Positions 50,244 to 58,301 of a stretch of DNA of 64,000 bases are shown one piece after another. The position numbers and the translations under genes were made by a program. Below the pieces are notes generated by a model. The model was not told the origin of the DNA, ran no database searches, and worked only from the letters and a program-made list of their open reading frames with translations. Numbering within the stretch: position 1 is the stretch's first letter; every line of letters begins with the position of its first letter. Source of the stretch: Actinomycetota bacterium (GTDB lineage: Bacteria; Actinomycetota; Thermoleophilia; UBA2241); the NCBI GenBank assembly GCA_003132585.1, contig PKYG01000023.1, positions 11,841-75,840 on the forward strand. The letters run 5' to 3'.

Positions 50244-50834
50244 GTGATGGCTCACGAGCTTACGGACGCCTTCTCAGACGCCTTGAGAGCCTGTGGTGGC
50301 TCTGCCATGGTCGTCTCTGCTCACGGGCTGGCTGACGCTGTGGCCGAGGTAGTCGACCAAGAGCGAGTTGTTCTGGTCACTCCTGACCTTCTAGGCCTTG
50401 CCGAAAGCCTGCGCCAGAAGGGCATCGACGCGAGAGTGGGCTCATCACAACACTCACTTTCCGCAACCGCGGTCTCCCTGCCGTCGGCGAATCTGGATGA
50501 GGTCAGCTCCATTTTCTGTCGAGCAGAATGTGGTATCACCGGTGCTTTGCTAGGGATCTCAGCTTCCGGCACGGTCGCAATCGACACTCAGCACGGAAAT
50601 GCCGGGCTGTTGTCGTGTCTCCCGCCCCACCACGTCGCGATCCTGCGCGAGGGTGCCATCCAGAAGACGCTGGAAGGTGCGTTGGAGACACTGGCCCCAC
50701 AACCCGGTGTCCGGGACTGTCGGTTCGTGTTGGTCACCGGCCCTTCGCGAACGTCGGACATTGAGATGATGTCAGTACTGGGTGTCCACGGACCTCTGAA
50801 GCTCGATGTGATCATTGTTCGGGAGGATGCCTGA
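50244..50834 (+). CDS. lutC: Lactate utilization protein C (LUD/DUF162 domain), short form
   Basis: MMAHELTDAFSDALRACGGSAMVVSAHGLADAVAEVV…; SD-like sequence upstream. Confidence 0.65.
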   Translation: MMAHELTDAFSDALRACGGSAMVVSAHGLADAVAEVVDQERVVLVTPDLLGLAESLRQKGIDARVGSSQHSLSATAVSLPSANLDEVSSIFCRAECGITGALLGISASGTVAIDTQHGNAGLLSCLPPHHVAILREGAIQKTLEGALETLAPQPGVRDCRFVLVTGPSRTSDIEMMSVLGVHGPLKLDVIIVREDA

Positions 50835-53028
50835 CGTGGCCGAAACCGGGCATCGACTGATGCAGCGTGAAATCAGCCTGGCGCTTGCGGATCCGACCCT
50901 GCGCACGGCCCTCAAGCGGGCTATGGCTATCCTCTATCAGCGTCGCGAGTCGGCATTCGCCAGCATCGACTACGAGGCGCTGCGTTCACGCGCGCATGCC
51001 ATCAAGGAGGCAGCGATAGCCCGCAATGCCGAACTCCTCGTCGAGCTCGAGCAGCGTGTCTTGACCGCCGGCGGGCATTTCTTCCTGGCACAGTCTGCTG
51101 AGGATGCTCGCCAGTACATCGCCAACCTGGCGCGCAACAAAGGTGTGCAGCTCGTGGTGAAGTCTAAGTCGATGACCTCAGAAGAGATAGACGTGAATCA
51201 TGCCTTGGAGCAGCTGGGCATCGAGGTAGTCGAGACAGACCTTGGTGAGCGCATTATCCAGCTCGCTGGCGAGCACCCGAGCCACCTGATCGTGCCGGCG
51301 ATCCACAAGTCCAAAGAGGAAATCGTCCAGATCTTCGCCGAGAACATGGACGTCCCAAACCCGCCCTCTGACGCCGAGGGCCTCACACTCTTGATGAGAC
51401 GGGACTTGCGGCAACGGTTCATCACCGCTGATATGGGAATCACGGGGGCCAATTTCGTGGTGGCCGAGACAGGCACGGTCGTGCTCGTGGAGAACGAGGG
51501 GAACATCCGTCTCACCACGGAGCTGCCACCGGTACACGTGGCCGTTGTGGGTCTTGAGAAGATCATCCCGCGGTTCGCCGATCTTGCCACGCTGCTTGAA
51601 CTCCTCCCACGGAGCGCTACGGGTCAGCTCCTTACCGCCTACGTTTCGTTCATTTCCGGTGTCGCCTCCAGCGAGATTCTGGACACCGGGCGGGCCACCC
51701 AGATGCGCGAACGTGAGTTCCATCTGGTGATCCTCGACAACGGGCGCCGAGCCGCAGCCCGGGACCCGGAACTCCGGGAGTTGCTTTACTGCATCCGCTG
51801 CGGGGCTTGCCTCAACGCATGCGCCCCATATCGGAACGTCGGTGGCCACGTGTACGGCGTCCATCCGTACCCCGGCGGTATCGGCTGCGCCTGGGCCTAC
51901 ATTACGAGCGGGCACGCCGAGGCGAAGCAGATAAACGGCCTGTGCACTACGTGCTCCCGCTGTACTGAGGTCTGCCCCACGAAAGTGGACATCCCGTGGC
52001 TAAACACGGTCATCAAGCAGCGCAACAACCAAGAGTTCGGAGCTGGGTTTCGCCAGCGAGTCTTCGCACGGGCCGATCTCATGGGGGCGGCATTCAGCCC
52101 AGTAGCTCCTGTCGCCAATGTAGGGCTTCGCACAATGCCGGCGCGCTGGTCATTTGCCTTGATGGGAATCGACCCAGAGAAGCGCTTGCCCAGATACGAA
52201 CGCGAGACTTTCACGAACTGGTATCGGCACCGGCACTCTGTTTCTGTTGGCCAGTCGCACCGCAGGGTGGTGCTCTTCGTGGACTGCTTCATGAACCACA
52301 ATCTGCCCCAGGTAGGCAAAGCTGCGGTTCAGGTTCTAGAAGCGGCAGGGGTCGAGATTGCAGTAGTGCACAATTCCTGTTGTGGTCGTCCCGCCATGAG
52401 TCAAGGCCTGCTGGAGGTGCCCCGGCGCTGGGCGCAACAGAACCTAGACAAGCTCGGTCACCTGGTGGAAGAGGGCTACGATGTTGTCTGCGTCGAACCC
52501 TCGTGCTTGTCGGCCCTGCGCGACGACTACCGCCGGCTCCTAGAGCAGACTCCTTCGGCCTCTGATCCTCGACTGCATCTGCTTGAAGAACACAGCTACG
52601 ACTTCGCCGAATACATCGTGAACGGTGTGCGCGATGGATCGCTCTCGCTGAGGCTGACCCCGGTGCATTCCGCCTTTGTCGTCCATGGGCACTGCCACCA
52701 GAAAAGCATCGGCATTGGTTCTGCACCCGCCGAGGCGCTCCGCCTCATCCCGGACGTGACGGTACACGAGGTCGATGCTCTCTGCTGCGGCATGGTTGGT
52801 TCCTTCGGCTACAAGCAGGAGTACTCGGATTTGTCGCGGGCTATTGGGGAGGAGCTCTTCGAGCAGCTTCGAGCCCATGGCGGAGAGATCGTAGCCTGCG
52901 GCATATCCTGCCGCTCTCAGATCGAGCAGGGCCTGGGACGCCGCGTCTTCCACCCGGCTGAGATTCTCAGTCGGGCACTTCGGCCGCCGCTATCGGGCAG
53001 TAACATCGGGGGTGGTACAGCCTCGTAG
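50815..53028 (+). CDS. lutB: LutB-LutA fusion: iron-sulfur L-lactate oxidase subunit (LUD domain plus 2x[4Fe-4S]) fused to a CCG-domain (LutA/GlpC-like) module
   Basis: N-terminal LUD domain; CIRCGACLNACAPY and CTTCSRCTEVCPTKVD ferredoxin motifs. Two C-terminal CCG cysteine-rich repeats (…VVCVEPSCLSAL…; …ALCCGMVGSFGY…). Confidence 0.8.
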   Translation: MFGRMPDVAETGHRLMQREISLALADPTLRTALKRAMAILYQRRESAFASIDYEALRSRAHAIKEAAIARNAELLVELEQRVLTAGGHFFLAQSAEDARQYIANLARNKGVQLVVKSKSMTSEEIDVNHALEQLGIEVVETDLGERIIQLAGEHPSHLIVPAIHKSKEEIVQIFAENMDVPNPPSDAEGLTLLMRRDLRQRFITADMGITGANFVVAETGTVVLVENEGNIRLTTELPPVHVAVVGLEKIIPRFADLATLLELLPRSATGQLLTAYVSFISGVASSEILDTGRATQMREREFHLVILDNGRRAAARDPELRELLYCIRCGACLNACAPYRNVGGHVYGVHPYPGGIGCAWAYITSGHAEAKQINGLCTTCSRCTEVCPTKVDIPWLNTVIKQRNNQEFGAGFRQRVFARADLMGAAFSPVAPVANVGLRTMPARWSFALMGIDPEKRLPRYERETFTNWYRHRHSVSVGQSHRRVVLFVDCFMNHNLPQVGKAAVQVLEAAGVEIAVVHNSCCGRPAMSQGLLEVPRRWAQQNLDKLGHLVEEGYDVVCVEPSCLSALRDDYRRLLEQTPSASDPRLHLLEEHSYDFAEYIVNGVRDGSLSLRLTPVHSAFVVHGHCHQKSIGIGSAPAEALRLIPDVTVHEVDALCCGMVGSFGYKQEYSDLSRAIGEELFEQLRAHGGEIVACGISCRSQIEQGLGRRVFHPAEILSRALRPPLSGSNIGGGTAS

Positions 53029-53439
53029 TTGGTGTCCCCGCCTATGAGGAGACGGGCAGGCAAGTAGTCCGGTGGAGCACCACGAATGCCCCACCGCCGG
53101 CCGTGACAATTGCATTGAGCGAGGCGATCCTCGGGCCTCAGCGGACCCCACGGGGAGACCAGCAAAACGGTCTAGTGCTCAGTCCAGACCGGGAACACGC
53201 CGATGAAGGCCTCGGCCCAGCGTCGCACTCCGGTCGGCGAAACCGCGCCCACCGAGGCATGACTCCGCGGCATCCAAGTCGTTGACCCGGCTTCAACCAT
53301 TCTGAGAACGGTCCGCCATTACGGTTACACGCACTTGTCTCGCAAGTGGCGTGCACCTATCATGAGGCAAGGAACCGCCCATGCGCGACAGACAACACCG
53401 GACGGCTGGGCAACCAAACGATGCATGTAGGAGATGAGT

Positions 53440-54282
53440 ATGTCGCAGCTGCTTCTGAGAAGACTGGGTGATTCTGGCGCCGACGATGGGAGAACCACAT
53501 CGGAGAGGATTGCTGCCCTCATCAGAGAGCAGATCAACTTGGGGGCCCTGAGGCCAGGGGACCGCATGCCGGCCGAAAGGGCTCTCGCCGAGCAGCTGGG
53601 CGTCGCTCGCTCGGTCGTTCGGGAGGCCTTGAAGGAGCTGCGTGCACAGGGTTTCCTCGCCTCCGGCAGAGGTCGGCAGGGCACGATCGTTGCGACCCCC
53701 CGTGATGCAAGCATCGGCCGACGCCTGGGTGAACTCCTGGAGTCCGGGGCCGCTCCGCTTGTCGACCTGTACGAGCTGCGCATGGGTCTTGAGGTCCAGG
53801 CAGCGGCTCTCGCAGCCTGGCGCCGCATTCCGGACGATATTGCCGCCCTTGACAACATCCTTGCAGCAATGGAAGCAACCCCGGACAAGCGGCGCAGCGC
53901 AGAGCTCGACGCTGCTTTCCATGGCGCCGTTGCCCAGGCGGCGCACAACGTGTTCTACCTACACGTGACGGCGGAGTTGGTCGGGCTGCTCCAGGAGAAC
54001 ATCCCGACTATCCTCGACGTTCTTTATGCGGATGCCTCGAGTTCGAACCAGTTGCTCATCCAGCACCAAGCCATCACTACGGCCATACGGAACCGAGACG
54101 TGGAGGGTGCTCGCCGAACAATGACTGTCCACTTGGGCTGGGTAGTGCAAGAGCTCCACCGTCTGCTCAGTCCGCAGCCTATGCCCGGTGCAACTGCAGC
54201 GCCGCCGACCGAAGGGCACGGGAGCCCGGCTGCGGAATGGGAGCTGGCAGTGGTGCCGACGCCACCATCCCTTGGGCTCTGA
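53440..54282 (+). CDS. GntR-family (FadR/FCD subfamily, LutR-like) transcriptional regulator
   Basis: wHTH ERIAALIREQINLGALRPGDRMPAERALAEQLGVARSVVREALKELRAQG plus a C-terminal FCD domain. TAGGAG Shine-Dalgarno 6 nt before ATG 53440. Confidence 0.75.
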   Translation: MSQLLLRRLGDSGADDGRTTSERIAALIREQINLGALRPGDRMPAERALAEQLGVARSVVREALKELRAQGFLASGRGRQGTIVATPRDASIGRRLGELLESGAAPLVDLYELRMGLEVQAAALAAWRRIPDDIAALDNILAAMEATPDKRRSAELDAAFHGAVAQAAHNVFYLHVTAELVGLLQENIPTILDVLYADASSSNQLLIQHQAITTAIRNRDVEGARRTMTVHLGWVVQELHRLLSPQPMPGATAAPPTEGHGSPAAEWELAVVPTPPSLGL

Positions 54283-54790
54283 GGGCCTTTCCGACAACGC
54301 TTGGGATCTGCACACCGAGGGGGGTGAGTACGATGGGCTCGAGACCGACGGCGTCTCGAGTCCTGGGGGACCCGCAGCATGTGCGAGCACACGGCCGACA
54401 GGCAGTGCTCGCGGCCCTGAGCACCCAAGCCAGCCTTTGCCAGGAGGAGCGGCCCCCTCTCCTCCGTCCACCCGGGCCACCACAAGACCCCTGTGCTGGT
54501 CCGGGTGGACCTCAACGGCATGGCGCTAGCTGCGAGGGTCTGACAGCCAGCCACAGGGGCTGGGCCGGCTATGATTCTCGGGCCCCCAGGCAGGCCAGCC
54601 CCACTCGTCGTCATCTTCCCGGGGTCGCGGCGGTCAAGCAGTCTCGCCACTCTCGAGACAGGACCAAACAAAGCCGAAGAGGCCCCGAATCGGTGGCGAG
54701 TAAGAACGGCCTCGTCGCGACGCGGTTGAAGGTCACGACTCCAATGGGTCTCCTCTGCTCTACGTCAGTTCCCCTGGACTCAAGCGCCCC

Positions 54791-55399
54791 ATGATCACGC
54801 CCCGCATTCTTGCCGAGCTGGCGGCCATCGTGGGGGATGCGAACATCGTCTGCGCCGAGACGCTGCTGCACGCTTACGAGTACGACGCGTACATGCTTGA
54901 GAGTGCCCGTCCCGATGCCGTTGTCTTCGTTTGCTCGGTAGAGGAGGTTGCCTCTGTTGCCAAGGTGGCTCAGAGAGCAAGCATTCCCCTGATCCCCAGG
55001 GGTTCTGGCACAAACCTGAGCGGCGGGACCTTGGCCGTGCGGGGCGGCATCGTGATCGAACTGGCGCGCATGAATCGCGTCCTCGAGATCGATGTGCCCA
55101 ATCGCACGGTGCTGGTGGAAGCAGGTGTTTTCAATGCAGATGTCTCCGTCGCGATCAACGATCTCGGCTTCTACTACGCGCCCGACCCAGCAAGCGGCAA
55201 GGCCTGCACGATTGGTGGCAACATCGCTGAGGGAGCCGGTGGCCCCCATTCCTTCAAGTACGGCGTGACCGCCAACCGCGTCCTCGGCGCCGAAGTCGTG
55301 CTTCCAGACGGAGAAGTGGTATGGCTGGGCGGCAAGGGTTGCGACGCTCTAGGCTACGACGTGCTCGGGCTGTTCATCGGCAGTGAGGGCACCCTGGGT
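54791..55399 (+). pseudogene. FAD-linked oxidase (GlcD / D-lactate dehydrogenase-like) N-terminal fragment; truncated right after the GSEGTLG motif
   Basis: FAD_binding_4 domain (…VVFVCSVEEVASVAKVAQRASIPLIPRGSGTNLSGG…LFIGSEGTLG) then non-protein-like sequence. The ORF continues only as an antisense artefact across the lipoprotein gene. Confidence 0.55.
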
Positions 55400-55516
55400 G
55401 ATCGGACGGCCGTCGACGGCGCAGTTGGTGAAGTGCACCGGTTCGAAGTCGGCGAAGCCAATACCGTGCGACATTTGTGCCTCGACGATGATCTCGGCCG
55501 AGTCGCACTTGGCAGC

Positions 55517-56431
55517 TCAGCTGGTCTTGACGATCGAGAAGCTCTCGCCTTGAGTCCCATCGACCAGCGTGAGCTTGAAGCGGTGGCCTCCGAGGCTTGT
55601 GACGGTAGCAGTGACCGTGTCCCCGGCGTTGACCACCATGTCCTGCGGGCCATCGAGCGTGCTGGCCGTGTGGATCGTGACCGGCGGCTTAGGGAACATC
55701 TCGTACCAAGCCACGTAGCTTTCCCCCAGGATGCAACGGATGCCAGTCTGTTCGACCGTGTTGCTTCCCGGGACCTTGCCGTCGAGACCCACCCAGATAG
55801 AGACGCGCCGCGCGGTAGTCCCGTTCACGTGGAGCTGCGGTACCGTCCACGTTGCGGTGACTCTCGTGAACCGCCGACCGATAGCACAGTAGCCGGCCCA
55901 GTTGAACTGAAAGACGTAGGCGGAGTAGGCCTTGTCGGCACTCTGCACGCGCTGCACCGCCCTGTTGTAAGCCGGGAGGTCCTTGTTCCAGGCCGCCGCG
56001 TTGTAGGCGAGTGCGTCCTTGTGCAGACGATCCTCGTAGCTCACCTCATACCTCACGCGAGAGGCGTACTTGCTAGCGAGCCTCCACTGCTTGGAGCCGT
56101 CGTTCTTCGGCTGAATGGCGCGAGCCCTCCGAAGGTCGTCAAGGGCTGCCCTGTGCCGCGTCGTGTACGCGCCGAAGTTGTGAGAGTAGTCGGCTAAAGA
56201 TTCATTGTAGGCGTGCTGGCGGGCGCGACTAATCATGGTGACGTACTTCGAAATCGCGGGCGATACGGTCACGCTGGGATCAACGATCTTCCTTATTGTG
56301 GGCGGCGGGGGCAGGGGCGGCGGCGGGGCAGGCAGCTTGCTGCCACATCCGGTGGCAACAGTTGCGCACAGCACTAGGAGCAGGCAAACAGGAACGATGG
56401 CAATACGTGTACTGGTCCCCCAGCCTTTCAT
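55517..56431 (-). CDS. Secreted lipoprotein with C-terminal peptidase G1 (eqolisin)-like / concanavalin-like beta-sandwich domain
   Basis: Lipobox LLVLCATVATGC; Pro-rich linker; C-terminal WTVPQL…SIWVGLDG… resembles the G1 peptidase WVGIDG motif (tentative). Confidence 0.5.
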   Translation of the reverse strand: MKGWGTSTRIAIVPVCLLLVLCATVATGCGSKLPAPPPPLPPPPTIRKIVDPSVTVSPAISKYVTMISRARQHAYNESLADYSHNFGAYTTRHRAALDDLRRARAIQPKNDGSKQWRLASKYASRVRYEVSYEDRLHKDALAYNAAAWNKDLPAYNRAVQRVQSADKAYSAYVFQFNWAGYCAIGRRFTRVTATWTVPQLHVNGTTARRVSIWVGLDGKVPGSNTVEQTGIRCILGESYVAWYEMFPKPPVTIHTASTLDGPQDMVVNAGDTVTATVTSLGGHRFKLTLVDGTQGESFSIVKTS

Positions 56432-56683
56432 GGTCCCCCGGTAGACGAGGAGAGTCTACAGCCGGCTTGGGGCCGAAACTAAGGAGAATGTCACGCCCGG
56501 GCGACTGTCTTTGTGTGACCGGCGCGCTCCGGCAGCGTAGCCGGCCCCCAGAGTTGACCGGCCACCGTCTCGGGGACTTCGCTCACACGCACAGAACGTC
56601 CGGTCGCTGGCGACCGTATGCGAGCCCTGGTCAGCCGGCGAGGGTGACGAAGGCGCGGCGCGGGTGACAATGCCGATGCCGCT

Positions 56684-57931
56684 CTAGGTGGGTGGCTTGC
56701 AGACGCTGCAGGGCCGGTAACCCTCTGCCTTGGCCTTGCTCAGGCGGATGGCGATCTTGCTCTTGGAGAGGTAGCGACAGCCAGCGCGGTGGTAGCACTC
56801 ACCGGTGGCGGTGATGTAGACGATCGGATCGCCGCTGCTCGAGCTGGTCGTGCCGCCGCCAGACGAACCGCTTCCGGCCGAGACCGGCTTCGAGGAGCGT
56901 GTGAAAGACCACGTGACCGCACCCGAGGCCGCGAATCGCACCGTGATCGTGCCGTCTCTCTGCGTCGTGTAGGTGCGCACCCCGTGGGCGTGCAGGCGGG
57001 CGAGGGTGGCCGGTGACGGGTGACCGTAGGGGTTCGGACCGACGGAGATGACGGCGTACTGCGGCCGTGTCTGAGAGAGGAAGCTGTCGCCGGTCGAGTA
57101 GGCGGAGCCGTGGTGGGCGACCTTGAGCAGGTAGAGCGGCGGGCCGCGGGCGCAGATTGAGCCGACGGCGGCCTCGTTGGGGCCCGTGCAGTCGCCGGTG
57201 AGCAGCACCTCTTTGCCGTCGATCTTGAGCAGAAGGACGATGCTGTCGGCGTTCAGGTCTGGCGCCATGTAGGTGTCCGGGCTGAGCCCCTGGGCGACGA
57301 GCGCGCCGAAGTGCAGCCGCTGCCCGCGATAGGCGTGGCTGACCTTCGCACCGACGGAGTGCAGCGCAGACATCAGACGTGCATAGCAGGCGGTGGTTGC
57401 CGTGGCATCACTGTAGGCAAGGCGCGGCCGGTAGCGTTGCACGATGCTCACGAGGTCGCCGATGTGGTCTTCGTGGGGATGGGTGACCACGAGCGTGTCG
57501 AGGCGTGAGATGCCGAGGGAGGAGAGTTCGCCGGCGATCGCCGCGTCGTTGCCGGCGCTGCCGCCGTCGATCAGACCCGCCCAGGAGCCGGCCTTGATGA
57601 CGATGCCGTCGCCCTGACCGACGTCGACGAACGCGAGCGTGACACTGCCGCCACCCGTGGCTTTGGTCGGCGCCGCCGTCTTTGCCGGCTTCGGCTTGGC
57701 AGAGGGCTTTGTCGCCGGCTTCGCGCTGCGCGCGGGCGTTGCCTTGGCACGGGGCCCTGCGGCGCTCGGAGTGACAGCATTGCTCCCACAGCTCGCCAGG
57801 AGCGCGGACAGCAGAAAGGCGACGAGCAGAGCGCGCAGACAGCGCCAGAGAATAGGCAGCGGTTTGGCTACGCGCTGCTCGCAGCGTGCAAGTCCTTGAG
57901 AAGAGCGCGACACTTTCCCGAAAACTCCCAA
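56684..57931 (-). CDS. Secreted MBL-fold metallo-hydrolase (ComEC/Rec2-related lactamase_B domain) with a C-terminal Cys/His motif
   Basis: Lipoprotein-type signal (LLSALLASCGS). …FVDVGQGDGIVIK…LVVTHPHEDHIGDL…, C-terminal CYHRAGCRY…CSVCKP. Confidence 0.7.
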   Translation of the reverse strand: MGVFGKVSRSSQGLARCEQRVAKPLPILWRCLRALLVAFLLSALLASCGSNAVTPSAAGPRAKATPARSAKPATKPSAKPKPAKTAAPTKATGGGSVTLAFVDVGQGDGIVIKAGSWAGLIDGGSAGNDAAIAGELSSLGISRLDTLVVTHPHEDHIGDLVSIVQRYRPRLAYSDATATTACYARLMSALHSVGAKVSHAYRGQRLHFGALVAQGLSPDTYMAPDLNADSIVLLLKIDGKEVLLTGDCTGPNEAAVGSICARGPPLYLLKVAHHGSAYSTGDSFLSQTRPQYAVISVGPNPYGHPSPATLARLHAHGVRTYTTQRDGTITVRFAASGAVTWSFTRSSKPVSAGSGSSGGGTTSSSSGDPIVYITATGECYHRAGCRYLSKSKIAIRLSKAKAEGYRPCSVCKPPT

Positions 57932-58110
57932 AGCTCCCCCGTGGCGAGATCCGGTGCCTCGCCTTGGACACCACCCACATTGTCACCCTATCAGGATTGT
58001 GGAACGGATCTCGGAGCGGGTGGAGTGTGCACAGGTCTATGAATCGTGTGCTGGTGCGAATCCGAGCCTAGGAACGGCCTCTGCCACGCAGATGCCACCC
58101 ACCGTGCTCC

Positions 58111-58286
58111 CGACCAGAAACCGGCGCGACACCTGAGGGTGACGCACGCTGGCCTCGAACATCGGCCGCCAAGCGCCGACGCCACGAGAGGCCGTACAGC
58201 GCGTCAGAGCGTGGTGCGTCAGCTGTCCGGCGATCCTCGGGCTGAGAACGACCACCTCAAGGTGGACCGATCTCCTGGGCTCGGCC
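58111..58286. repeat. Copy Z (M + Q modules, 5'-diverged) of the multi-copy intergenic element
   Basis: …gccgacgccacgagaggccgtacagcgcgtcagagcgt…ctgtccggcgatcctcgggctgagaacgaccacctcaaggtggaccgatctcctggg; ~75% identical to 35850-35960. Confidence 0.6.
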
Positions 58287-58301
58287 ACGGCCTCGCCCCC
58301 G

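Noticed and set aside
54791-56197. 468-codon ORF as a full-length GlcD/FAD oxidase
   Set aside because: Similarity stops exactly after GSEGTLG (about 55399). The remainder is an antisense artefact across the well-supported lipoprotein gene on the minus strand.
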